Source: Eledone cirrhosa (taxonomy: Eukaryota). Taken from it: a DNA stretch of 64,000 bases. Shown in pieces: positions 1 through 12,460 of the stretch; positions within the stretch are counted from its first letter, which is position 1; every line of letters begins with the position of its first letter. The translations under genes and the position numbers were made by a program. The notes below the pieces were generated by a model that saw only the letters and a program-made list of their open reading frames with translations, did not search any database and was not told the origin of the DNA. Where the stretch lies: positions 1 to 64,000 of the forward strand of contig CAXHJY010001340.1 of NCBI GenBank assembly GCA_964016885.1, read 5' to 3'.

Positions 1-19
1 GAACTGTTTCTTTGTTTAT

Positions 20-541
20 TCATATATATATATATTATATATATATATATATTATATATATATTATATATATATATATATTATATATATTATATATATAT
101 ATATATTATATATATATATATATTATATATATATATATATTATATATATATATATATTATATATATATATTATATATTATATATATATATATATTTCCCG
201 CCGAGGTTAACTTTGCCTTTCATCCTTACGGGGTCGATAAAATAAAGTACCAGTAATGCACTGGATAATTGCTGGCCTTGTGCCTAAAGTAGAAACAATT
301 ATATATTATATATATATATATATTATATATATATATTATATATATATTATATATTATATATATATATATATTATATATATATATTATATATATATATATA
401 TTATATATATATATTATATATATATATATTATATATTATATATATATATATATTATATATATATATTATATATATATATTATATATATTATATATATATA
501 TATATATATTATATATATTATATATATATATATATATATTA

Positions 542-632
<91 letters not shown>

Positions 633-651
633 ATTATATATATATATATTA

Positions 652-712
<61 letters not shown>

Positions 713-988
713 ATATTATATATATATATATTATATATATTATATATATATATATTATATATATATATATATTATATATATATATATTATATATATATAT
801 ATTATATATATATATATTATATATATATATATTATATATATTTATATATATATATATTTATATATATATATATTATATATATTTATATATATATATATTT
901 TATATATATATTATATATATTTATATATATATATATTATATATATATATTATATATCTATTATATATATATATATAATATATATATAT
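20..988. repeat. (TA)n/(TATAT)n microsatellite with a truncated SINE at ~195-300
   Basis: Direct reading; ORFs 12..245 and 256..990 are I/Y translations of the repeat. Confidence 0.97.
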
Positions 989-1053
989 GAAGTGGAGGGA
1001 GGGGTGGAAGGAGAGAAAGGAGTCGAGCTATATATATATATATATATATATAT

Positions 1054-2390
1054 TTCTTAAGGTTTGTTAGTTCACCACTGGATAGAACTGATCATTCTGT
1101 ATGGTCAATCCTGGTGTAATATTGTGAAGAGTACTCAACGCAGTGCAGTTCACCCATCTTCGTTTGTGTAGTTGGTGGTGCGAATACGGAGTTAATTATA
1201 AATGAAAAAACAGGAGGCTGGACTGGTGTAAACCCTCGAAAGGTTTATTATACTATGATCATTTCAATGACCGGGTTCCATATGAATCCGGTGATATCAT
1301 CAGGTATTGGAATATAACAAAGGAATATGTAAAAAGCCATGGGTCCAAGAAACCAGAGACAGAAAGGGCGGCCGACCAACTAGCCTCACAGCCAGCCGCC
1401 CTCAAAGTGTTGGCAACCGAAAACTACCAGTGAATATCTGGTAAGGGGGCGCAGGCCTATCATGTACTACCACCACTCCGTCAAAGAAGAAGGGGAAGAA
1501 AGAAAGAAAGGGAGAAAGAAGTGTAGTGTAAGGGTCAAACTACATTCATGTTACAAAATGCCGCGAAAAAAATTCTACCCAAAGAATCTATAGTGGGTGC
1601 CTGTATGGGAACCGAAGATTGGAACGCTAAACTTATGTTGCGAGTTATAGGATGAAATAAATTAAAAATATTATATTGCAAAATGGTAAATTGAAAAATA
1701 GAGGTAGCGAGATTTATTTATTTAACGAACTTACGGAGAGAGTCTTATATGAAAATTTTTTTTTTATTTAACTCGATAAGATATTAGGATGGGATATAGA
1801 GTAAAGATTTCGATTGGGAGTCTCAGCCAGCACAACCACCACCATGAGTCCGCTAGTCTCGAGTGGTATCGTCCAGCGAAAGAAATAGAAATTAATTTTT
1901 CCGAGTACTCTAGGAACGTAGCTAACTTTGGCCCTGGGATCGCTAGCGGGAACCCCACAATTTCGACAGGCCATCGTCTATACCACGAATACTATTAAAT
2001 CCCACATTAGGGGTTTATTTACGTGTCAATAGAGGCATGATACAGCTAATAGTTGTGCCCAAACCTGGAGTTTGTAGGTACAGGTATAATTAGGCGGCCA
2101 AAACAGGCGGCGCGGTGGGACTGGAGCAGAGCAAGCCACTCCGAGTAATTTCATTTACCGAAAGAGGAGAAATTTATTTTTCCGAGCACTCAAGAAAGGC
2201 TGAACTTTCCGAGTACCCAGCGCGCAGCCGGGAAAAAGCCACCACACAAGTCAAACAATGAAGAGTGCAAATAGATCAAAATTATTTTAAATTATTTTAA
2301 AGTCCCAGTTAGTCCGGGTTATAGGTAGTGTGGTTCTTGGGTGGGTAGGGGGCTATGATTTTTCATTTATATATATATATATATATTAGT
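1054..2390 (-). mobile_element. Probable Penelope-like element terminal fragment with hammerhead motif
   Basis: Bounded by (TA)n tracts, contains a hammerhead at 1250-1307 on the minus strand, and has an internal diverged duplication (1880-1930 vs 2160-2215). No RT or endonuclease motif recognised. Confidence 0.5.
1250..1307 (-). ncRNA. Minimal type I hammerhead ribozyme
   Basis: Minus strand reads atac-CTGATGA-tatcaccggattc atatg gaacccggtcatt-GAAA-tgatca-TA-gtat: stem I atac/gtat, long stem II, palindromic stem III, AUA cleavage triplet. Confidence 0.75.
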
Positions 2391-2491
2391 TAAAAATAAC
2401 AAAGAGTGCAGTACAAAGTGTTAGTATAAGGTTCGCGCTTGAGAGTGGGGGGGGGGGGACGTTTCGGGCATACACACACACACACATATAA

Positions 2492-2537
<46 letters not shown>

Positions 2538-2684
2538 GCTTGTGTATATTTATTCATGCGCATCGATCTGACCTACAATTCAATACATAATAAAATATAG
2601 CACCTGTATTTCTATATGTACAGCTAGGTGTGTTACGTTTACTTCTGGTACAACTCTTACCATACCGTTCTTGGTTCCACTGCA

Positions 2685-3362
2685 ACCACTACTACCAACA
2701 CCAACACCTCTATTACAACCACTACTACTACTACTACTACTACAACGCTACCACTACTACTAACACCACTACTACTACTACTACAACGCTACCACTACTA
2801 CTAACACCACTACTACTACTACTACAACTATCATTGCCACCTCCACAACTACACCACAACTACTACTACCACCACTACTATTACTACCACCACCACTACT
2901 ATTACTACCACCAACACTAATACTACCACTACTACTACTACCACTACTATTACTACCACTACTATTACTACCACCACTACTATTACTACCACCAACACTA
3001 ATACTACCACTACTACTACTACTACCACTACTACTACTACCACTACTATTATTGCCACCAACACTACTACTACCACCACTACTATTACTACCACAACTAT
3101 TACTGCCACCTCTACAATTCCACCACAGCTACTACTACCACCACTACTACTACCACAACTACCACTACAATTACTACTACTACCACCACTACTACCACCA
3201 CTACTACTACCTCTACTACAACCTCTACTACAACTACCAACACCTGTACTACTATAACTTTTACTGCCACTTCTACAACTCCACCACAACTGCTACTACC
3301 ACCACCACTACCATTGCTACTACCATCACCACCACTACTACCACCACCACTATTATAACACC

Positions 3363-3394
<32 letters not shown>

Positions 3395-3415
3395 CATTAC
3401 TACTACCACCACCTG
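2685..3415. repeat. (ACT/ACC)n trinucleotide low-complexity tract
   Basis: Direct reading; source of the His/Tyr/Thr/Val ORFs. Confidence 0.95.
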
Positions 3416-3690
3416 TTACAATCTAACAATTCCTGTAGTTGTCTATATGTACAAAAAACAGTTTTAACTCCTAACTTTCATGCCTGACTATATTTCTGTT
3501 TCTGCATGAGTGATTTGCTATATAGTTCTGTGAAGGTGTACTACCATAAGAATAGATCTAAATACAGTTTTTTTCGGAATGTTTTTGACTGTTGTTTCAT
3601 GTAATAGTTCGAACGTGGAAGAGCCGAACACCCACTGTCATCAGCTGCATCTCTGTCGCCCTCCCCATCTCTCTGTATGGTGAAACACTC

Positions 3691-3765
<75 letters not shown>

Positions 3766-4035
3766 ATATGTTTAAACCGACGGCTATTTCTGGACCAGAA
3801 ATAGATAGAGATATACAGAGAAGTGCGATACAGATTACTAACTGCCAATAGCCGAAGCGGAGTGTGCTCAATGCTTGGGTTAGCAGAGTTAAATATTAGA
3901 GGAGATTTAATATTTAGCGTATAGTTCAAACGGAGCAGGAATAAGCAAATGAATGAATGGAGTTACAAGCAGTTAAAACATGTTCTTTATACAAAGAACT
4001 TGTTTTAACGGCTTGTAACTCCATTCATTCATTTG

Positions 4036-4077
<42 letters not shown>

Positions 4078-4636
4078 TATATAAACCGCGATAATATTGC
4101 TTTTGCTGAACTCCTTATATTATAAAGTTTTTTTCGGAATGTTTTTGACTGTTGTTTCATGTAAACAGACATTCGTCTCATTCTGACGTCACCAGCCCTG
4201 TCTCTACATGTGTTTTTTTCTTCATAATTACGCATGATGTTGAACTAGCGTGCTTTTAAATTCCCTTTTTGGCATATTATAAACAGTGGTACTTTGGTTA
4301 TCGTGTCTTTGAGCTCTGCTGATGATCGACTCCAACCGTAACCATCCCCACTGAAAGTTTCGTGAAATAGTCTTTAAGACTATCCAGAGCACTGTAGTTT
4401 GTCCAAATTGATGGATGAGTATTTTAAACTTTATTTTATTCTGAGTTAAGGCTCTATTGATTTTTCCCTGGATTTCACCAAATTCTGTGGATGAATCTAT
4501 ATCCTGATTCTTTTTGAATTGAGTTTGAATTTTTTTCCCACATCTTACGTTAACTATTTTTTCATTTTGACGCTATAGTCACTTATATGTTATGGAATAC
4601 TGTTGGCTTCTTGCTACAATACTTTCTATACTTTTC

Positions 4637-4755
<119 letters not shown>

Positions 4756-4816
4756 AAGTAATTTCGTCGGAAAGGTCCAGGAAAAAATCCTGGTGTCTTT
4801 ATTGACAGTGGATTTG

Positions 4817-4852
<36 letters not shown>

Positions 4853-4857
<5 letters not shown>

Positions 4858-5036
4858 GTTTCTACGTTAGGCACAAGGCCAGCAATTACCCAGTGTGCAT
4901 TACTGGTACTTTATTTTATCGACCCCGTAAGGATGAAAGGCAAAGTTAACCTTGGCGGTATTTGAACTCAGAATGGCAAGGGCCGTAACTCTATACGTCA
5001 AAGCGTGGCGTCCGACCCTCTACCAATACTGCCAAT
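4853..5036 (-). mobile_element. tRNA-derived SINE, family A
   Basis: Reverse complement of the family A consensus seen at 37650-37840. Confidence 0.85.
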
Positions 5037-5727
5037 CAAATGAAAGAAAGTACTAAATATGGTAAACATGCTACAAGAATAAAAATAGAATAACTTTTTT
5101 TTTTCATTTTTATATGTTTGTGTGTATATATGAGAAAAATATTTGCGACAGAAGTAAATATAAAGATAAAGAAAGACAAAACTATACATATAGAACTGTA
5201 AACAAAGTTGAGAAAGAGAGAGACAGGGGAAGAGAGCGAAGGTTGAGATAAACATAATAGACATGGTGGATTAATGAGAGAGAAAGTGGGGTGGTTGAGG
5301 TAAGTATAATAAACAGAGTGGATTAATGAGAGGGAGACAGGAAATAGGACAAGATAAAGAATATATTTGTTTTAAATATATACATAACTAACTTTACAAA
5401 TTGCTCACAACTGTTTTAGAATAAAAATATAAAGACACATTAAATACAATTGACTATTGCTAGGAAGCTCACAAATATGACACACCAAAATATATAGGAC
5501 CAGAGAGGGCGAAAGAAAAAAAAAAGGGAAGCAAAAACAAAAGCGACCATTAATACACGACCAAGTGCGACATTCAGTCACCAGTCACATCGCAATGGTC
5601 AACGGAATATTTTAAGGGAAGCCTCAAGGGTCAACAGAATATTTTGAGGCAAGGCATCATGTGGCAGCATTACCACAGGTGATGCCGAAGAGATTGAAAG
5701 ACACATTATTGAATGGTCAAGGAAGCT

Positions 5728-5925
5728 GAGATATAAATATAGATACAGTGGTATAACTATAGATACAGTGGTATAAATATAGATATAGTGGTATAAATAT
5801 AGATATAGTGGTATAAATATAGATATAGTGGTATAAATATAGATATAGTGGTATAAATATAGATATAGTGATATAAATATAGATATAGTGATATAAATAT
5901 AGATATAGGGATATATAGTGATATA
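5728..5925. repeat. 20-bp minisatellite (agatatagtggtataaatat), ~9 copies
   Basis: Direct reading. Confidence 0.9.
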
Positions 5926-6031
5926 TCGAATGAAACAGTTCTAGTCCTGTAGAAGCCATTTCTATATTAAATATTTATACTCTGTTATGTATTGAGTACC
6001 TTACTTACTGTGGTTACCCCCGATTGAACCC

Positions 6032-6175
<144 letters not shown>

Positions 6176-6179
6176 TGAT

Positions 6180-6755
6180 GGCTGCCCCCTCGTTATCGAG
6201 TATGGCCATTGCACGATATACAATTATTAATAATTATCAATTAATTCTATCGTGCAATGCCTGTGCGTGAAGATAATTTTTTAAGTGAGGAAAGACTGTG
6301 CACTGAACCAATCCCACTCTCTGAGTGACAGTAGCTATAACCCGAAAAGAAGAAAAGGTCAACATCATCGGTAACTACTGAGCCGCAGGTTTTATATCGG
6401 AGTTATCACAGTTTCCTGAGTTGCCTTCTCCTAGAAGAATGCCCTGACAAAGGCTAGGGGTCCTTCACTCCCAGTGGTTTAACCGCGTGATCGGGTGTCC
6501 AGCCCGACTATTTCTATGTCGCCGCGCATATACATACACATGGACCCATGTATATACACATATACATATACATACATATGTACATGTGTATATGACTCTT
6601 ATGAGTTCTTCCGCCCTTTGTCAGGTTTTGTTTTTTGTCCTGCAGGGTGTCCAATATCACCCTCCTCACCAAGTTAACTTAGTGGAGTTGCTGGTTTAGT
6701 CGCTGACGACTCGACCATGTGACAGGATGTACTGGGATACATGTTACCAGTAGCA
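6180..6755 (-). mobile_element. Dispersed repeat, reverse complement of the element at 34170-35185
   Basis: 6180-6530 matches 34830-35185 and 6590-6755 matches 34185-34350 in reverse complement. Confidence 0.75.
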
Positions 6756-6910
6756 CTCGACATATATATATATATATATGTAAAAGTTCTATTTAAATTG
6801 TTGGGATACAACAAGCAAATATTTTTATAACTGATATAAAGCACTCAACAAATAATTGGAGTAAAAATACGATATTAACAAATGGAAACTATATTTATAA
6901 AACCATATTT

Positions 6911-6973
6911 ATTTCATTAGACATATTTCAAGGACACCAAGTTAAATTATGGTGTGCTTTCATCAGATAAAAT
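6911..6973 (-). ncRNA. Hammerhead ribozyme, left-arm copy
   Basis: Reverse complement of 7135-7197 with one substitution in stem III. Confidence 0.6.
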
Positions 6974-7134
6974 ATAATATAGAGCAGTTTTATAAATAAA
7001 TATTGACATACCCTTAAAGAATGCAACCATTACTGTTGGAAGCTCCCGGATAGTCTATCCGGGAGCTTCCAACAGTAATGGTTGCATTCTTTAAGGGTAT
7101 GTCAATATTTATTTATAAAACTGCTCTATATTAT

Positions 7135-7197
7135 ATTTTATCTGATGAAAGCACACCATAATTTAACTTGGTGTCCTTGAAATATGTATAATGAAAT
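7135..7197 (+). ncRNA. Minimal type I hammerhead ribozyme
   Basis: attttat-CTGATGA-aagcacacca...tggtgtcctt-GAAA-tatgta-TA-atgaaat: 7-bp stem I, stem II, near-palindromic stem III. Confidence 0.75.
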
Positions 7198-7343
7198 AAA
7201 TATGGTTTTATAAATATAGTTTCCATTTATTAATATATTGAATATTTACTCCAGTAAATTGTTGAGTGCTCTATATTAGTTATAAACTTTTAAGTTTGTT
7301 GGAATCCCAACAAATTAAATATAACTTCTACATATATATATAT

Positions 7344-7460
7344 ATATTAAAATACAAATATTAATAAAATAGATGTTCTTTTGATCAATTAAATTTTATT
7401 TATAATAAAATTTAATTGATCAATAGAACATCTATTTTATTAATATTTGTATTTTAATAT
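7344..7460. repeat. ~115-bp near-perfect AT-rich hairpin
   Basis: tattaaaatacaaatattaataaaatagatgttct ... agaacatctattttattaatatttgtattttaata. Confidence 0.85.
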
Positions 7461-7684
7461 TAATAACTCTGGAAAATATTTTACTATAGAGTGCTTCCAA
7501 TCTACTGTAAAACTTATTCTTTGATGTACTCATTGAATCTTGTTTAACTCTTTCATTTATATATATATATATAAATGAAAGGTATAGAAATTGTTTTAGC
7601 GAGAAGCTAACAGTATTCTATAACATATATATATATATAGTGACGAAACATAAGTCAATTGCATGAACTCATAATCCTTTATTT

Positions 7685-7740
7685 ACTGCTATATATATTT
7701 CGATGATAGCGATTGAATGGCTATGACCTCATCAGGCAGT
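7685..7740 (-). ncRNA. Minimal type I hammerhead ribozyme
   Basis: Minus strand reads actgc-CTGATGA-ggtcatagc...gctatcatc-GAAA-tatata-TA-gcagt: perfect 5-bp stem I, palindromic stem III. Confidence 0.8.
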
Positions 7741-8607
7741 TAGTCAGTTCTTAGCTATGTCAGCTCTGTGTGTATAGTGTTGATCGTATCACAGCATTGG
7801 GACATGTTTGCCTTTTACATACATGTACATATATAACAATATATATATATATAATATATATATATATTGTTATATATGTATATGTAAAAGGCAAACATAT
7901 ATACTGTATATATATAAATATATATATGGAGAGCGAGAGAGAAGGAGGGGGGTATAGATAGATTGTGAATATATATTTATATATGAGAGAGAGAGATAAC
8001 AGAGACTGTAGGACTGAGGGGACCATGGTCCTCTCAGTAATTATATTTTTCTCCCCAAACTACCAAAACATCTATTTGTATATGCGCTTCAATTAATGTA
8101 CATGTGTTTATCGCATATCGGAATTGTCTATATCTTGGTTGATATTTGATAACAGCTACCCCCCCCCCTCCTCCACCAATTCAGAAATGCTTCCACTACC
8201 CTTTCATATATATATGTGTGTGTGTGTGTGTGTGGGGGGGTAAAAGGTAAACAGAAATAACAACACAATCGGTACAGTATATGGAAGGGATATGTATTAG
8301 GTTAACGCTTGATATAGCAGGAAATATAACAAACAAATCGAATATTAATATTGATATTCCAAAAAATCAGATTACATTTATATATTAACCTATTAGTTCT
8401 TTAGTTACTTTGGTTATTGTGTGGTTGGATTTTGCCTACCACAATGTTCAATTTGTCAAGCTATTTAAACGTAATGTTATTACTCTAAGGACCTATCCTT
8501 ATTGAGTGCTTTGCTCACTCATTCCTTATTGTAGGTCGACTTTGCTTGGCCACAGCCAAAGCTTCGATTTTACTAAACTTCCACTTATATATATGTGTGT
8601 GTGTGTA

Positions 8608-8659
<52 letters not shown>

Positions 8660-8672
8660 TATGTGTTATTTA

Positions 8673-8732
8673 TTCGTTCTGACGACTGAAGACATATAAA
8701 TATCTGCCTTCAAGAAACCACTGGTAAATGAA
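8673..8732 (+). ncRNA. Minimal type I hammerhead ribozyme
   Basis: ttcgtt-CTGACGA-ctgaag...cttcaa-GAAA-ccactgg-TA-aatgaa, GUA triplet; downstream sequence is shared with 28400-28635. Confidence 0.7.
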
Positions 8733-9344
8733 ATAATTATCTTATGTTGTTTATTACATAACTAATAAGCTCTGTAGCCTACATAGAGCACTCTCTTTTC
8801 CTGTACCTTTCCTACGGAAATACTTTATATATATTGAAAAGAATGAAACAAAAGTTCATTTCTCACTCTTAGTACGGCTGATACTTAAATGTAAGTATGT
8901 ATGTATACGTACATACATATATGTATACAGACGTACAGTAGTATGAATATATATATATACATACACGCACATATATATATATATGTACGTATGGGTTTAC
9001 CGACATTTATTATAATGTTCGGTTTGCTTGTTTATAAACAAACAAACAGCCCGAATTACGCCGTACAGTGTTCAGGCAACCATCGTCGCCTTTTTGTTCA
9101 ACACTGACAGAGGAACGATGTACTAGTTTCAAGCTTATTAGCTATCGTCAGCATCGTATACCTTTCTGCCAGATGATTGAACGTCTGAAAGTATATATAT
9201 ATATACTAAGTTGATCTAGAGGTCAGTGTCCCCCTTTCAACAACCGTACGACTCAACATTGCTACACTAATGATGCGAGCTTGGACAGTATTCGCGGAAC
9301 GATAGAGGGGCAGTGTGGAGAGGAAAACACCCTACAATAAACTG

Positions 9345-10052
9345 GACAGGGAAGAGAAACAGGTCAAGAGGGGACAGAGAGAGAGAGAGAAGCCATGAGA
9401 CAAAGAACTTTGGTGGATGAAAGATAAAGAAGCAGGTGAATATAGAGAGAGGGAGAGGGAGAAATAAAGAGGCATACAAATAGAGAAGGGGAGGGAGAGA
9501 AGAAAGGAAACAAATACAGAAAAGTGATGAGAAATAGACAAACAAGCAAAGAGAGAGAAAGAAAGAAGGAAGAAAAGTACTGAGTGAGAAATTGACAGGG
9601 AGGGAGAGAGAGAGAAAGGTGATTAGTGAGAAATAGACAGAGAGAGAGAAGGAAGAAAGGAGGGAGAGAAAGAGAGAAAGGTTTTGAGTGAGAAAAAGAC
9701 AAAGATAGAGGGACAGAGAGGGGGGAAGGGTAATGGCAAGAGAGAAAGAGAGAGAAGGAACGAAGAAAACAGAGGGGAAGGTGTTGAGTGAGAAATAGAC
9801 AAGGATAGAAAGACAGAGGGGGGGGGGGTAATGGCGAGAGAGAGAGAGAGAGAGAGAAGGAACGTAGGAAACAAAGAGAGGAAGGTGTTGAATGAGAAAT
9901 GGACAGGGATAGAGAGACAGAGAGGAGGGGGGGGGGGGTAATGGCAAGAGAGAAAGAGAGAGAGAAGGAACGTAGGAAACAAAGAGAGGAAGGTGTTGAA
10001 TGAGAAATAGACAGGGATAGAGAGACGGGGAGGGTAATGGCAAGAGAGAGAA
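9345..10052. repeat. GA-rich low-complexity tract with ~110-bp internal duplications
   Basis: Direct reading; explains ORFs 9267..10070 and 9623..10273. Confidence 0.9.
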
Positions 10053-10120
10053 ATCAAGAAATTTAAGCAAAGCCGCCTTTCATTTGAAAGAGAGGGTCGC
10101 GGAGAGTAAAACGGACGAAA

Positions 10121-10145
10121 ATGCTTCACTATGAAAATAATATAG
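10121..10145 (+). CDS. Candidate first coding exon of the single-pass membrane protein gene (MLHYENNI-)
   Basis: ATG in aaaATG context next to CpG-containing sequence; ends AG|GTATGT in phase 1, compatible with the exon at 24457. No homology support. Confidence 0.4.
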
Positions 10146-10367
10146 GTATGTACAAATTTATAGTGGAAACAACACGATCGCTGACGGTTGCTTTTACTAA
10201 ACATTTTAACTTGATAGCTTTTTAAATATAATTTACACCTTTTTAATAGCTTATGTGAAATATTAAATACCAATCACTTGTTTACACAAATATATACGTC
10301 CATCTATAATATATATTGACATGTTTATGCACACGCGCATTTATATACACACACACACACACACACA

Positions 10368-10405
<38 letters not shown>

Positions 10406-10520
10406 ATTGAGAATGTAATATATATATATATATAAGCACCTGTGTGTTGACGGACGTGTGAATAAGTACTCAATACCGAGGTAGAGTTTAAATATTAACC
10501 ACTTTGCCATAATAAAGAAT

Positions 10521-10567
10521 ATGTCTGATGAACCTGTGACAAACAGGCGAAACTTCAGAGTAGCAAG

Positions 10568-10570
<3 letters not shown>
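10521..10570 (+). ncRNA. Hammerhead ribozyme motif with weak stem I
   Basis: tgt-CTGATGA-a cctgt gacaa acagg c-GAAA-ct tcag ag-TA-gca, directly followed by (TA)n. Confidence 0.6.
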
Positions 10571-10629
<59 letters not shown>

Positions 10630-11194
10630 CGAAGGAAATGTGGTAAGGAACCAGATAGACCATCCATAATGCACCAAAGTACTCAATACATAGGGTAGTA
10701 GAGTGGGTAATAGGAACAAGTATGACCCCGACGGCAGAGCTCAAATCGTTTCGACGGCTAATTATATATATGGATATATTTCTTGTTATATATATATATA
10801 TGGATATATTTCATTTTATTAAGGCTAAATAGTGAGTCCACTAGGGTTCAGAAATAGCCCTCTAAACGGCTTGAGCTCTGCCGTCGGGGTCTTGAACATT
10901 TTCCTATATATATATATATATCGTATTAGGTAATCTTGTCAAATACGTACGTATGAAAAGATAACGTATGTTCTTCAGTTTCCTATTATTTTCAATATAA
11001 AAAGTGGAAGAAATACCTCTCACATATCCACTTATTAACACATTTCTAACTGTTTTCATCTCTAACTATATTTATAAAATGGTTTATTCTAGATGTTTAC
11101 CATTATCAAATTATAATTTAAGCAAACTTCCTTTGGAAACTGAAGACTCACAGACTAGACATTTGTATTTTTAATGTAATTTTGCTATCTTTTC

Positions 11195-11640
11195 ACCCAG
11201 TATGTGATGCATGTGTAATGGAGTGATTATGTGATACATGTGGTATTGAAGTGATTAAATATGAGATACTTGTGGTAATGAAGTGAATAGATATGATGTA
11301 TTGTTAACAAATATGTGATACATGTGGTAATGAAGTGATTAAATATGTAGTTTCACCAGATATGTGATACATGTGGTAATGAGATGTATTCCCACCAACT
11401 ATGTGGTAAAGAAGAGACTAGATATGTATACATGTGGTAATGAAGAGACTAGTGATGTATTCTCACTAAATGTGTGAAACATGTGGTACTGAGATAACTA
11501 TTATATCATCCCACCCAATATGTGATAAATGTGGTAATTATGTGGCTTTTGTCTTCCCACTCAGTATGTGTTACGTGTGGTAATGAAGTGTCTGTCTTCC
11601 CACCTAGTATGTGATACATGTGGTGGTGAAATGAGTAAAT
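11195..11640. repeat. Degenerate minisatellite (atatgtgatacatgtggtaatgaagagactaa-like); second array at 13110-13570
   Basis: Direct reading; both arrays share the motif. Confidence 0.85.
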
Positions 11641-11782
11641 TAAGGCAACATCTTATAGAAAATAGTCATTGCTGATACTATCGGAATGAATACAATCTTT
11701 TGTACAATAAATTGAAACATTTCAATCTTTATAATGAAAGTGATGCTGTGGGTGCCAAGTACATTTTCTTAGTATATATATT

Positions 11783-11823
<41 letters not shown>

Positions 11824-11824
11824 C

Positions 11825-12190
11825 CAAATATACACCCCAACTACTACCCCTACTCCATCCTCCCACTCCCACCAACACCACCCTTTCTCTGTAAAGTTAT
11901 GTTGTACCACAACATCCAGTCCAAACTAATGAGGTTGTGTAGGTGTCCCGACAAAAAAAAAAAACACACAATCCACGCTGAAATGTGGTCGTGTAGGTAA
12001 CACGGTAAAAAGCTCCCAGTCCACACTGTAAATGTGATTAGTGTTAGGAAGGGCATCCAGAAGTAGAAAACCTACCAGATAGTCCTATACGAGCGAGACA
12101 CGGTCGCCCGACCAATCTTGCCTCAAATAGGGACAACTCCCGTCTAACCCATGCTAGCTTGGAAGATAGACGTTAAACGATGATGATTAT
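11825..12190 (+). mobile_element. SINE or LINE-tail repeat family C ending in (GAT)n; other copies 12890-13105, 16740-17000, 26090-26540, 38885-39260(-), 51857-52028(-), 54926-55200(-), 55725-55843(-)
   Basis: Shared motif cacactgtaaa...gtgttaggaagggcatccag and 3' end cccatgctagc.tggaa...gacgttaaacgatgatg. Confidence 0.85.
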
Positions 12191-12238
12191 ATATATATAT
12201 ATAGACAGACTTTAGACTTAGACTTTATATATATATAT

Positions 12239-12460
12239 ATGTCTAAAGTCTGTCTTAAGCCAGAAGGCTCATTTGGCCAGTGCTTATCCCGGTTTCATGG
12301 CGTGAAGCAACTGAAAGTACATGACTCAACCCTGGACAGGATGCCAGTCTATCGCAGGGTTAAACCCCCAGCTATTGCTGGTACTCATTTTCAGCTGAGT
12401 ATAGTGGAACAACATAAAATGAAGTGTTTTGCTGAAGAACACAATACGCAACCCAGGAAT
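12239..12460 (-). mobile_element. SINE family B fragment; further copy 12700-12870 on +
   Basis: Reverse complement of 34470-34675. Confidence 0.8.

Larger units (their letters stand above)
6765..7345. repeat. ~580-bp fold-back palindrome of PLE-type terminal sequence, one hammerhead per arm
   Basis: Axis at 7054 (ggaagctcccggatag t ctatccgggagcttcc); homologous to the arms at 56590-56740 and 58780-59015. Confidence 0.9.

Noticed and set aside
2630-3426. Thr/His/Tyr-rich mucin-like ORFs
   Set aside because: Trinucleotide low-complexity tract with no splice or homology support.
4315-4380. CTGATGA...GAAA hammerhead candidate
   Set aside because: No convincing stems I-III could be paired.
9267-10273. 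Hydrophobic Leu/Ser/Phe ORFs resembling membrane proteins
   Set aside because: Antisense translation of a GA-rich tract.
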